Of a stretch of DNA of 64,000 bases, positions 1-13,989 are shown piece after piece. The notes under the pieces are model-generated. The model saw only the letters and a list, made by a program, of their open reading frames with translations, did no database searches and was not told where the DNA came from. Where the stretch lies: NCBI RefSeq assembly GCF_964204865.1, contig NC_135260.1, positions 14,012,001-14,076,000 of the forward strand, read 5' to 3'. The translations under genes were made by a program, and so were the position numbers. The stretch comes from Styela clava (Eukaryota). Numbering within the stretch: the stretch's first letter is position 1; each line of letters opens with the position of its first letter.

Positions 1-622
1 GATATTTCTCCATATCGTCTTGAAATTCGATCCGATATTTGATCAAAAACTCCCATTGTAATTATTGTGATTTTTTGCTTTTGTCAGATGCAGATTTAAA
101 AGTGAAAAAAGTATAAAAATAAATCTAAAGAATAGAATATATGAGATTACAAATTTAGACATGAAATGTTGATATGTTTCATTCACGTTGAAGTCCTGAA
201 TAAATTTATGAGAATTGATATCCCAAAGTGCTATCCAGTCAAATAATAATAAGCATGCTACAGAATAATACAGAAATCAAATAACATCAAAATTTTGAAA
301 TGAATATATCTCAAAACAAAGTTTATTTCAGTGTCCGACAACCATATCATCTTCAATTCTCTCTCAGTATAACATCTGACTTTCCACAAACATTCATTCA
401 TTTCATGTAAAATTACCAATGCAATTTTACATGACAAAATCTATTATTGTCTAAAAGCAATTGACCGACTAACTCAACAGCAAACACTTAACATTAACTA
501 GTTGTAAAAATAAATCAAAAGGCATTGAAATAATACAAAAATCTAAATTTACAGCACAAACCGTTTATGGCGTATATTCGGCGCAAAACTGAACTGATTT
601 CAAGATATATATTCTACATTTA

Positions 623-1048
623 TTATGCACCGATTTGATTAAATTGAACCGTCGTGGAATCAGTCGCCAGCAAATTAAAAGCACGCCTTCCAGCTGCTAT
701 TCCCCAAAGTTTACAGGCAAATCTGCAACACTTCTTCCGGGCCTTAGATAGTGATCAACTGCTAGATTCGAGATCAGTCGCAAAATTCAGAAATAAAGTG
801 GAGAAAAAATCAATGTTTACTTCTCTCACATTTGCCTTAGTTTCTCTCTTCTATTGCTTTCGTTGGACACGGAGATAGTGAAGTAAACTGGCAGCCAAAG
901 TTATTATGGCATATAAATGGGCAGTATTTTTCTTCTCTGGCAACTCTGTCAACTCGTCATCCAATCTTTTTAAAACATCACGATCATTTCCAAAAATGTA
1001 CTTTAACTGAACTCAACAAACATCTGTGAATGTGGTACATTTTAGCAT
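623..1048 (-). pseudogene. Decayed single-exon coding remnant (142 codons, 3 in-frame stops); weak Bcl-2-like helical pattern
   Basis: Manual translation gives one continuous frame from ATG(1048) to TAA(623): MLKCTTFTDVC*VQLKYIFGNDRDVLKRLDDELTELPEKKNTAHLYAIITLAASLLHYLRVQRKQ*KRETKANVREVNIDFFSTLFLNFATDLESSS*SLSKARKKCCRFACKLWGIAAGRRAFNLLATDSTTVQFNQIGA*. Composition is protein-like; the family assignment is uncertain. Confidence 0.35.
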
Positions 1049-4000
1049 GCATTTTATTTTCGACGATTTATTCATTATTCAGCGCGGACAATCAAAAGTT
1101 CGTCCTCTATAAATCTACATAATTTTTCATATCAGGCATGTATTTTCTTCATATATTATTTTGTCATTCTATCTACAATCTAACTTAATGCTCTAAGATC
1201 ATCGCTATGTGAGTATGGCTATACTAAACTATTCCAATTCCTCTCTGTTCACGATATATTATATCTCAAGCAACTACCATAGCTTCTTAATCTAATTCTT
1301 CCTAAACTACATGTTTTGGAATGATGTAGCTTAATCATCAACATAACAACCTCTCTAATAAACTGTAAGATTTGTCTTATTAGACCATAGAGAATCAGAA
1401 AATCAATGACTGTAATAAAGCATTCCCGTACATCGAAAAGAATCTCTAATTAGAAGCGATATTTCGCGTTCCGTCTCAAATATTGATTTAGTCGTAAATT
1501 TGCTAGGGATTTTTGAGAAATCGTTTATTGTAAATTTATAACGAAAAGTATGGCGACCCGCGAAATCGAATTTATACAAGCGAATCATTCGCCAAACACT
1601 TTCTTAAGACTCTTTCTCACTTCCACCGTATGGTATTATTCCTGAAGCAATCCAGCACCCACATGCAATCATTTACAGATCATGAGCTACGGCTGAACTA
1701 AACAGCATTTTTAACAGACAAATACTGCCTCAGTATACATAACATGACTCTCGTGTTGATCCATTTACTGCAAGAGCAAGGGCAAAACCAATATTTTTTA
1801 TTTTAGAAAAGGTAATGTAATGTTCGACTCCCTGGGGGCCTATAACAGGTGATGTGCTGCCAGATACGCTTCGCTTTATTGGGCATGAAATCTGATGTCT
1901 TTACCACGTCCATGGATGAAAAGTTCTTTTTCTGTTTATCATAAGCATGGCCTAACCCTGGAACAGTGAACAGGGGCACAAATCGATTTCGGAATCTTAT
2001 CGGAAAAGAGAAAAATAATTTTTAACAAAATACAAAATAGAAAACGGAGTCTTGCTCTGGCAAAACAGGGCGAGCAAACTTCGAATTATCTTCATAAATA
2101 AATTGCTTGTTAGTATTTACATTTTTATGTACATTTCACATATGGTCCAGTATATGCGACGAAACAAAGGAAAAATTAATAAGTTCTGTGCACGTCGAAC
2201 AATAAATACCTCGATAATAATAAATATAACTAAAACCGATTTCGAAGCGATTTTTCACATGCAAGCTCAAGATTGAAAACGTTTAAAGGATTTTAAAACC
2301 TGTGATCGTACCAGTATTGACAAAAATGTAAGATCTTTCATAATGAGCGTGTTATAGACACTATTACACTTTGTATACTATGTGACCCTCAGGAGAATAA
2401 TTCCGTACCTTCCGACATATGGAATATTACACCTGGTATATTATATATGCATGGAATAATTTTACCTCTACGTCTCAGTAGACCAAATAATTAAAACATG
2501 CGCCGTCTTGTCTCTGCGCCGAAATTGAAAATTGATTTCTATTAGACTTATCGATTTTCTACAACGAACAATTAACGGTTTCACCAGAAGGGCAAGAAGG
2601 TTCAATTCACTTGTATTATAAATCTTAGCTATGTTCTTCTTGAGGCGTCAATGATGAATTATAAAATGATACGCCACTGTTTCGATAAAAATAAGATTAT
2701 TGTTGGATAACTCTGTTCAAAACGTGTTTCCATACCATCATTTTCTGCAACAGTGCATTCAGGTGTGAAATCTCCATATTCGTTGATCTCTCATACCAAA
2801 TAAAAATTTACCCTTTTATGTCACTGAATAATATATCTAAGAAGACCGCCTGGGTGGCAGCTCGTAGAGATCGGGCATGGTTTTGTATGTGTTGCCACTT
2901 AATATAAAAAAAAAATCCAAGACAAGTCGACGAAACTTTTGGCTTTCATCTTCCGATAAGATACATTAAAATGACAGCACACAGGGAGGTAATGGGTGAT
3001 TTATAACAAACCAGTCCTGATCCAACTCAATTACACGATTTAACCTTTTTACCAGATCCTGATATCCAGAGTTTTGCTTGTTTTATTATCAAGTTTTTCA
3101 ATGGAGAAATTTTTGAATGTAAATATTAATTTGTATTTTGATTATTTTATCATACCTCCAAATCCGACCACGGTAAACAGAAAAAATACAAACATCAATC
3201 GACCTACGTAGCGGCACAAAGTCCGATCCACAATAATTGAATTAAGTCTGCTGGCCATCTGCTACAAAGCAACACCGCCACATTACAAGTCGTTAAACGT
3301 AACGTTTTTCCCATTTTTTGTTGCGCGTTTGGAAACCCTTTTACCTTTGTAGAAGGAAATCACCGACAAAAACATTTACTTTGATGTAATACAAGATATA
3401 AGTTAATTTACAAACACCGTAAACCATGTTTGCCACCCTGGTATTGATCGCAATTACCTCAAGCATAACTTGATTATATGGGTTATTGAAACCATGATTA
3501 AACAAAATAAGACGATTAGGTTGATCAAATACAAGTACTACACTGGTGGTCGTTCGATGCGTTACAATAAAGAGCTTGATGTGGTTAAATATTCCGTATT
3601 TTCGTAAAAACTGCTCAAATATGGGGATTTTTGTTGTGATAATAGGATATTTTAAGCGGTATACTTCAAAATGGTATTGCATAAAGTTAAACATAATTAT
3701 TCATAACGAGGAAGGATTTTTTGTGGTACTAGGCTCGTGAATACTGAGAAAATGCTTGCCACATTTAAAGATTAACTTATCGCAACATAAGCATGGGTGC
3801 TAGCTTTAACAGGGGGGGGTGTAAAGTTCATAACTAGGTGTACTTTTAATCGAGAAACCCACCTTAAACCTCGAACTACATGTTCGTATATTCAAGCTGT
3901 GAAGAAATTAGAAAGCCGAAATAATTCCTTCAAATTTTCTACTAACTATAAAGCTCATTGTGCTATTCAAATAAACGATTTATTTACCGGTACACGTTCC

Positions 4001-7000
4001 ATTGCAATCACTAACACACACACAAATAAAATTAGATTACCAGTTCAGCCAATCATGTGTACATAGGAATACACTACTTGACAATCGGGTACAACAGCAC
4101 AACATAAACAAACAGAACAATATAAACAATAGAATTAGTTTACATGGAAATAATGTTAATGTGACACACAAATGTTTTGTTTATGAATCAGGAGATGTTA
4201 CAAGGTAAGTAGGTCATTTAGTCTAAAATCGAGAAAATGTTGAACAACTTCGTTGATAAACTTCAAAAGTGGACAGGCATTGAGTCGGGCATTAATTAAA
4301 TGACCCATGTAGTGTCCATCCTGGGCAATATTGTGATTATGGAAAAAAGTTGTTTAGGATTCAAAATTGCCAATAATACAAAGAAATACCCGAACTACTG
4401 CGTAAGATAATGATAAAGTTTGGTTTAAAAACGCAATAGCAATATCAATTTAATTTTAATATCAAAATCTTGAGATTTCATCGATAAATCTGAAAACAAT
4501 TAACAAGGAATAGTTACGTAAAATATGTGCCATGTATTGTACAGTTTTCATACATCAGATTTTTATCAATTTTTAATATTTGTCGTTTTTATGGTTATAT
4601 AATACTAACAATGAGACGAATGCGGATATTACGGATTAGATCATTTAATATGTTTTTAATTAGAAGGACAGAGAATATTTATGTGGTGTAATTTTGCGTG
4701 TATAGCTCTCGTCTTTGTTTCACATAATGAGTTATATAATTAGCGATGAAAAAATAAACAGCGTCCGGGTTAGCGACCAATTTTTCAATGCGTACGAGCG
4801 GATCGTTTGGAGAGGAATTACAAGTTTAAAAAGTACTTTTTGAATTGCGTTATTTCCGTACGTCCGTATATTATAAAAATAACAAATAAAGTATTGAGGG
4901 ATCAGCATACAATCTTTTATGTGCCATGTACAAGGTGGTTTGCGAGCGAATGTTTTTGTATCACTAATGTATCTTATTGTAATGTATATATATAACGTTC
5001 ATTTGATTGCATTATATTAATTGGCCAGAAAAATTTCGTGTCACCTCGAAAATTTATGAGGTTGCGCGGTCAAGTATTTTTATGGCGGCAATAACCACGT
5101 AAAAGAAGTAAGATGTTTCTCAAAGTAATTGACCGTCATTCGTTTAAGTGTCAAGTTATTCAATTGATCTATCAGTAATGACCGGACGTACCAACATTAA
5201 TACAATACAATGAGTTATAAGTTTCTGTTAAACTAAAATGATGGCAAAGTTGACAACAGAACAAAGAAAAACCCCTTTTATAAACTGAATAAAAAAATGA
5301 AAAATAGAGAATAAAAAAATATGATTATAATATTTTTGATGAAAACCATTTTCATAAATAAAATATTCACATTTGCGTGATGCGGATACGTTTGACTTCT
5401 AAATTAACCTATGTTTGATCCTGTATCATTACATTAAACAACCTGTAATACAACACTGAAATTTTATAAAAGTGAACTTCAAAATCTGTTCTAAGCTTGT
5501 TAAAATCTAGATTCTCTGGAATATCTTTTTAGGTACTTTCTATGGTCCCTGTTTATTAAACTTTTTTTTCACAATTTAACTTACCCAAAACAAAATCGTG
5601 CGGTGGCCATACTCGTTAACTTGTAATTAAAGCAAAATATTACAATCCGTCTTTATATTACATATATTTCCATAACATATCGTCACAAGATTTCGTTATT
5701 CTTTCATTCAATATTTCACTTTTGTATTGCTCACAGCTAGACTAGACTTAATGAACGAATAATAACTAGATAGCGCACTATACGCACCTGTGATCATTAA
5801 ATTGATTTTACGAAGAATAAGTGACAACGAGTTTATAATCTCTTCGAGAAGCTGATAATTATATTCATTTCAACTCTCGGACAAGTTTGATTAATCAAGT
5901 CAAGAATATCACAGGACCATCCATGAAAACTGTCTTTGGTATGAAATTTGTATACATGCTATATAATATACTCTTGCTACCTAGAATACTACACAGTGAG
6001 TGAATTTGTTACTCACCTCACCTCAAATACCTCACGATACCTATAAAAAGTTTTAAGTATATATTCTATAAGTTTTGTACTTGTTTGCCACAAGATCCTA
6101 ATATCTGCAATATCTGAAAATGTTGGTTGCAAATAACTTAATCTGCCAGCAACATTATTTTTATGATATCAAAGATTGTTTCCTTGATACAGAGTAATCA
6201 TATTAAGCAATCGGATGAACCTGAATAGTGAGTTCGATACAACACAATGAAGCATTTCAAAACTGTCTTGAAATGTTTTCTTCTGAGTACAACAACAGCC
6301 TAATTTGCAATATTGTGGGCACTGCGATTGTGCGATGAACTAACTCTGTCCAGCGTTTCTGAGAAATAAAAACGGCAATATCTAGATTGCATATTTTCAT
6401 CCCAGCTTGATTGCAGACTCTTTTATCTATCTCGGCGTGTGCCGTTGCAAGTCTTAATTTCCCGCTGTTTATCAGTTCGCGTCAACGGGAAATACAGTAG
6501 CCTATCACAGATTTCATCGTTCTATATCACCAACGTCTACTACGCAATTTATTGGCGATGAAGAGAGACACCTGTTTGGTAGCAAAAGCGATTATACTGT
6601 CAATTTGATTGTGACCGACGGAAGTGATTGTTATTTGACCAATTATAATTACCTCCCGCCAACTTGTTTCGATATTGTGACAAATATACATTGTAGAAAT
6701 TGACTCACTATTCAATATGAATTGTACCCGTCCTTTTTATTCTAGTAATACAAGATCATGTGAATATTTTATTCTATTCCGTCAAAAAAATACATGACAA
6801 CTTGCAAGCTTGTGATTTTACCATCAATAGTTTTATCAAATAGGACTTGAAAATATTTACATTCTTGCATGATATACCAACGCATTAACATGAATTTTGA
6901 AAAAAATATGTGCGCAGGGATAGATTATAATAATTTTATATTTATTCTTTCAATTGAAATGCCAAGAGTGAGTCTCAATAATATGGCGAACGACGTCTTT

Positions 7001-9788
7001 TAGCTACCACATGGCCATCTTGGAGAAACAGGCAATATTAATTCATGCATTATTTTTTAACGAGACGAGTTGAATCGCCCTGGCCAACTTGCCTATTTCG
7101 AAACCTCGAATCTCTCGTCTTCGTGATCTGTCTCTCTCTTGGAATGTCAAAATTATTTTATCTGACTATATCCTGGCTATATATCATTCAATATTATCTC
7201 CCCCGACGCTTCAACTTTTAATCCTATTAGGTAAATGGGTTTAGTGAATCGCTTATATTTTAGCGTTTGATGATTTTATTTGCAATTTGAAATGGTCAGT
7301 GGATTAGCAAGCTGCATGGCCTACATAAGAGATGAAAGAGAACTAACTTTATAATAGTTGACAATAAAACCTTGCAACTCCTTAACATCAGTGTTGTATT
7401 GTACATTTTAATTAAAAATATCTCGGCCTCGGGTCAATCGCGTTCATGACGATCATTTATTCGATCGAACTTGAATAAAAAAGTATTACTTATATGTTTG
7501 CTACCATTTGAGTTTGTAGGTTTATTATTAGTTGCAAAATGCTACTGATGCTGAAAATATGGAACGGAATTTTTCATTTTCTCGCAAGATACAAATATCG
7601 AGAATGTTGCAATATTTTGATTGCATTTGGTACTATAGATGGACGCTTTCAGCATTAGCAATATTTTTTGTAAATTAACATAGAGCTCTATTGTATTAGA
7701 ACTTTTACATCTTCGGACTTCAGCTTTGCTTGACTGTATTGGTCGGACCAAAACAAAAGTAAATATTAGTCAACCTTTTAATAGCTATTCTGTTGTTTAG
7801 AAGACATTCCCGTATAAAACTGAAATATTTCTGTAAGTTTTTAACCAAACCGTAAAATCCTAGTTAAAATTAAATAATTATCATTGGCTAGTACTGACAC
7901 AGGAATGGGTACTATTAAGAACTTTATACAAAGAAATCGCAATCCCCAAATTAATGAAAATTCATCGATGACAATGTCAGATGAGATATGGTAAATGAAC
8001 AAAACGTTTCATCTGCCCGATTTCAACCTTACGATGCGGAAAGTCACTCAAGGTTGAAGTAGCAGACAGTTTGTCTAAGCTATACTGATGAAAAATAATA
8101 TGTTTTCAAAATACTGTGGCTTTGTTGCACGTACTACAAGCCGCGACAAACAAACTGTTTTGTTGAAAACACGTAGCTTAGCTCTGCACGCAACTAGAAT
8201 GAAGATTGGGTTTTCTACTTGCAAATATAGGGTGTTCCCTACATGTACAAAATCTGAATGAAAACTTTTTAGATGGCTACCTAGAACCGATATCATCAAG
8301 ATCAAGCTCTCGAGGAACATTTTTCTACTTAGAATTGAAAATGAAATCGAAATGATGAAGTGACCCAATGTCCAAACCAGCAGGTTGCTCTTATAATGAT
8401 ATGTTTCCAAAATCACGCGTTTCATTGTTCGTTCATGGGTGTGATTAACTGGCTTTTGTCGGGAGTAAGGATGGGGATATTTTGGGCTCAATTTTACTCA
8501 ACAGGACTGATGTTGTGAATTTGAGTCGGTCAACTATGGGAAATTAAAATTTTGACTGAAAATGCACTATTTTTCACTGGTTCTTGGCTGAAGAAGGACA
8601 AATCAAGCAGCAGTGGATTTCAGATCTTATAAGAACATCGCGTGCCTCAAATTTGTTTGCGAAGACGAAAATAAATTGACAGCAAGAAAACAAACGACAG
8701 ATCAAATTGGAAGTTTCGCAAATTTTTTTTTTCGTATTTTTGATTGAAAACTCACACATATATCGAATCCATTACTTTTAAAATTAATCATCAGTAAAAA
8801 TGTCACTCAGTTTCGTTGTCTACGTCTACGTCACTTGTAAATTTGAAAACAAGTATACTCGGGTATACAGAAGATGACTTTTTCAATTGTTTTCAGATAA
8901 CTTTACTACACACTGTGTTTCACCGCGTATTGTTAAGGTTTGGGTTGATAAAGTAATAGGTGTTTGGTTATTCTCTAGATACCGGATGTGGTAACTTCTC
9001 AATTAACTGATAATTATCCAACTGCAGCGTGTTATTACGAACATCTCATCAGATCGCAAGTCAGTCTGATTGATGTTTGCTTCACATGAGAACTTGGAAC
9101 ACTTCTAGAAATACATCGCACCTATCCTATGTGTATTTGCTACAGTATTATACAAGCTACTACAAAAAGAAAACGGCATCGAATTTCCTCTGTTTTTGAA
9201 TTAAAATTTTATAAAATATGACATATTTTTGAGTGACATTAATAAAATGACATATTCACACACATTTCTCATTTTATAAGTTATAAGATGCGGCAGCGCT
9301 TAAGTCGTGATAAAAATCTGAATACAGATTAAAGTTACGCTTGAATTAAGTTTAACTTTGTTCATCTTATTTCATCTGGAATGTTATATCTGTTTGCGGT
9401 TTCGCGTGAGATGATATCTCGACCCGAATTAACTTCCGTAAATACGCATACACGCCTTCGAATCACGCAAAACCACCAACAAAACACCTGCTACGAATCA
9501 TTGAGAAAATATATTTTATTTATTTATTATCTTTCCTTACTAATTTGCGTGACGCAAAATTTAAAAACGTTTATATATTTTTTGAAAATACATATTTATT
9601 ATAAATGTTTTATTGTTCCATATTTTAAATACTGTGTTTATTAATCAATGAATTCATTTTACCTTTCTATGTCGTTTACTTTTCGTTGCTTGGTATCTGC
9701 CTCTATTGTTACGTAATTGTTACGTAGCGATAGAGGTAGACACTAATTTCTGCAATTTTGTGAGTTGCAGTTTCTTTGTCTGCTAAAG

Positions 9789-10448
9789 GGCCCGCCATCC
9801 CAAACACGCGGCCCGCCAGCCAATTTTTTGCGGCCCGCGTCATGGTTGGGATTTTTCCACAAAAAAACTAAAATAGTACGATGTCAACTATTAGTAGGTT
9901 TTATTGTGTCATTTATCATCAAAAGTCCGGTCCAACAAATTGTAAAAAGTGAAGCAAAATTCCCCCCTGTTGTCCACGTTCATGTTTTATTTTATTGTTA
10001 TAATGCAATTTTAAATGCGATAATTTCATTTCGCATGTTCATTGTAACGAAATAGACGAGTTTCGGTCAGTCAATTGTGCCCAAAGAAAGGTTTGCAAAG
10101 CTAATTGCACATACCTGTGATTTTTGACAGTTCTTATATTTGCGAGCAGTTTTTTCGACTATGAAAGTTAGCAAATCAGCCCTCCGCACACGACTAACGG
10201 ACGAGCGTAATTATGCATGTTGTCTTAAGACCAGTACACCAACGCAAAATAAGGCCAAACATCGAGACCACATATCCAGCACAAGTGAATGAATATGCTT
10301 CATGTCTCGTTTGCTGTAAGATTCAAGTGTAATTTCAACACAATACATTCAGATACCCATTTTTGCACTTAATTTCTTGGTTTGCGGCCCGCGTGGTCAA
10401 TAAATTTCAAAAAGTGACCCGCGACATGTTTTGAGTTGGAGACCCCAG
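9789..10448 (+). mobile_element. Internally deleted hAT (Charlie/SPIN/GTF2IRD2-like) DNA transposon
   Basis: GCGGCCCGC subterminal motifs at both ends; 3' end GAGTTGGAGACCCCAG; near-identical 8-bp flanks TGCTAAAG (9781-9788) and TGCTAAAC (10449-10456); residual hAT dimerisation-domain peptide of about IFDSSYICEQ(F)FSTMKVSKSALRTRLTDE at ~10119-10205 (needs a frameshift). Confidence 0.75.
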
Positions 10449-10456
10449 TGCTAAAC

Positions 10457-10706
10457 CGAGTTTAGCAAACATGGGTAATTTTTTTAGAATTTTGAAGAAA
10501 AAAATCAGGCAAAGATGAGCAAGAAGAGTTGACATTGCCTTCACTATTTAGGCCTACATGTTTACAAACTTTAATAAAGTATAAAGGACACATTAACGAC
10601 CACAAAAAGAGTTTTATTCAATTAAAAGCAGCATTTTTTGTGCAAGTGCGCCGTGAGTATTTTTCTGATAATTGGCGCCGCACGAAGAAAAGTCTGGGAA
10701 CCGCTG
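10457..10706. mobile_element. hAT-type MITE remnant
   Basis: 3' terminus AAAAGTCTGGGAACCGCTG is typical of Charlie-type hAT TIRs; the 5' end is degraded. Confidence 0.4.
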
Positions 10707-11155
10707 ACATCGAAAATAACTGGTGTAAGCCAAACGATGTATATATCTTGTACACGAATATACTTGGTAGCAATCATGCACTTTATATAGATGCTAAGTT
10801 TTTTAATTTAATTGGTAATAGTAGTGAAAATCTGTCAAGTAATTTTGTTATTGATTTGAGCGAGAGGCCATGTTTTTTTTGGCTCGGTTGGATGAATATA
10901 CAAAGGATATCACGCACCCACTTCCACCTTCTTCTTTAAACACAAACACTCCTTCACATCACGCACATGTGCTGCCATTGAGGCATGAAGTCCCACAAAA
11001 TATTCCAAAATTCCAAACCTGAATTTTCATGAATATAGTGGGCTGAATTAAATATAGAACATTTCTAGTTAATTAAATAGATAATCGCAGCTCATCAAAA
11101 TTGATTTAATCCGTCGTTTCAATTTTGAACCGGTTCCAGAATTTCAGATGCATTT

Positions 11156-11400
11156 CTATACTATGGATTGTTGGGTGCCATGAGTGCGAATTCTGAAAGA
11201 TAATTGTGTCGGTTTTATGCAGAGACATTCTACTTGTCGGGCAGTAGAGATTGTAGTTTGGGTACAATGTATAAATAACCGCACAAGTAGAGTAAATGCT
11301 TCGTATAGAATTCCAGACATAACATACCGCTCGATCGACATCGCTATTATGAAGCGCGAAAAGTATGAGAAATGCAAACAACTGTGCTCTGCTCGGCTGA
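11156..11400 (-). pseudogene. Possible rhodopsin-class GPCR fragment (TM3 E/DRY region)
   Basis: Minus-strand frame reads HSCLHFSYFSRFIIAMSIERYV, matching the class A TM3 pattern (...AMSIERY). No intact flanking TM segments could be assembled. Confidence 0.3.
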
Positions 11401-12023
11401 CTGAAATGTGTTCATGTATGAATCAGCCAACTTAACCGGTGTTACGGCTAATTGAATGCGTAAGGGGGCTATGACGTATAACGGTAAACTGTCCTTACGA
11501 TATTATTCTGTGACAATATGTTATTTATTTCAAGACTGAACGCTCATTCTGATTTGAATGTCTTTTCTTTCCCACGTATGTTTCATCCATGCTATGACAG
11601 GAATTTCGCTCATTTATTAATGCTATCAACCGTGTTGACCATTCAAGCATTGCTTGGATCGCATGTTGTAATATAGAACTGTCAAAACTATTTTGGGTCC
11701 AAATGAATCACGGCATATTAGTCACTGCGAAAGATAATAGTATGGTGGCCTTACAATAGAGGCGACGTTCCGGGTTATCCAAGCACATTGTAGCGCTGAA
11801 GATACATTAAAATTATAGTACGTTTTCCCCAGGTAATACAATTTTTTATTGCTACTTCACCTTTTACTTGAACATGTCAAAAATGATTATTATGAACATT
11901 TTGAAGTCGAGATACTTCTTGAGACATTTTTTGCAGTCGCGGTTTGAATATCCAGTAGCACATGAATTTGCTTCGTGATTTCTATACACACCAAAGAAAT
12001 AAAACGTATCGGTGGGAAAAGAC

Positions 12024-12610
12024 TATAGCATAAATAATTGGTAAATGAATGTGAGGTTACCGTATATTGCTAATTTGTAGATTGTCTCTGACTTGCAAGT
12101 CACCCGTTCACCCTTCAGCTTCAACGCCCACGTAAATGAAGATGCGTTAAAAATCTCTATATGTTTTTATTCGTAAATTTCCACAACACACAGAATATAA
12201 ATCTTATAACATTTATCCACACTAGCTTTAAATGGTTTACATCGTCTTCCCCCACATCGTCCTCTCCCTCGAAAGATATCGGAGTCGTATTTATACGTTG
12301 ATCATAAATCCAATTAAATGCTGTAAACGTGAGCTCGTGATTCACGTTATAAACAGAAACTCCTATTATCTCAATAAGGGTAATTATGTACATCGTACGG
12401 ATGGGAACTTAGAGATAAATATTTCAATCAGTGCCAAAGGTCTTGAGAATATCAATTTTAATTTGATAATGACTGGGTGGAACATGTAATGTTCCTAAAA
12501 CTGGTGTAATTTGATTCCTACGAAAGTCTTTGTTCGAATTTTGGGGAAAATTAACTTTGTTTTCATATTTTTAACATGAAATGGGGTACATTTGGGGGTT
12601 AGTTGCTATA
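12024..12610 (-). repeat. 3' LTR of the non-autonomous LTR element
   Basis: Matches 13990-14576 except 4 mismatches in the first 21 bp; minus-strand TATAAAT (~12295) and AATAAA (~12170). Confidence 0.9.
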
Positions 12611-13989
12611 TTATCTCCCCATCTTACTAACTGGAAGTTTAAAAATTTGGCACCCTCTAATAAATTGAAAATATATAGAAAAATACAATACACAATGCTA
12701 AAATTAATGATATATATAGGTCAAAAAAATATTTACATGTATATGATCTACAATGAGACAAGAAATTGAAGTAAAGAAAGTTTATAGAAAGGGTAAAGGT
12801 TGTAAAGTAGAATTACAGAAGGATGGCGTATTTTTATTTTAAAAATTTTGGTTTGAACGGTTAAAACATATTTTCAATTCAATGTATTTCGCTAAGTTAA
12901 AATACTTATACTCGCTTTATCGCATTGTTACGATTTTGTCGACCTAGTTGGTCAATATATGCTTTTCCCATGTCGGGAAGAAAAAACGTGTTGCGACCTA
13001 GTTGGTCTATATATTTGTCCCATGTCGGGATGAAAAAAACGCATTTTCAAGTTTATGCCATCTCAGGGCTTTTTTGAAAAAATAACGCTTTTGATACAAT
13101 TTTTGTTTAACGAGCTTATTATTTCACCGTTCTATATGACGGCTTTGTAAATAATTAAAAGTATGACTCGCTCGAATCTACTTTTAGAGAGCATTTTAAT
13201 AATAACGAAATCTATTTAATCGAAAAGGAATGCTAACCACAAATATTCAATAATATAAATTTCTTTAAAGGTATTTGAAATTAGAATATTCAAAGTTTTA
13301 CCATTAATTAATTTATAAAAATTGAAAGTCGAATGAAACGCCATGTATATATAAGAAGAAAAAGAAGTACTTTACCTTAGTATTAGTGGAAGAATGAAAA
13401 ATATCTGTCTCAATGAGGAGAAAAACCTGCAAATCATGAAACAAATTGTAGATTTACATCCTCCTGATCTGTATATCGATTGGGTACGCGCGACAATTCC
13501 TCTCTCTATTATTCGGAATAGAGCGCGTAATTTACCGTAAAACAGTCCATATAGTTCATTGTTTTCAACAGTTCGTTTTTTGCTTAGTTTTTTCACCCCG
13601 AACATAATATATCATGTTCTAAAAGAGTTCATTTCGATCGATGTTCAATACAGTCCATATTCATGATTTTAACGTTTCCAGAGTCCGTCACTATAGTTTA
13701 ACAGTTTTCAATTGAGTTTATTGTCTTTTCAAAATGTTTCTGATCATATCGGCTTGTCAACAATTTGCTACTTCAATCGTTGTTCCAGGCAATTTGAATC
13801 TCCCCGACGTTCGTAAGTTGGTCGAATTTGATTTTCGCACGTTTTGTATAGACGGTTTCTCGGCACTCATTGAAAGCTTTCGCTTGGTCAGCTTTTTGGT
13901 TGATTCCGTCCAATTGTTGCCAGTCCTGATTGTTGTCCGTTGATCTGGTCCGTTTCAGAAGGTTAATTCAAGTCGGTTTTGTCACCATT

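Noticed and set aside
2845-3070. Possible SINE-like segment
   Set aside because: No recognisable A/B boxes, TSD or second copy in the window.
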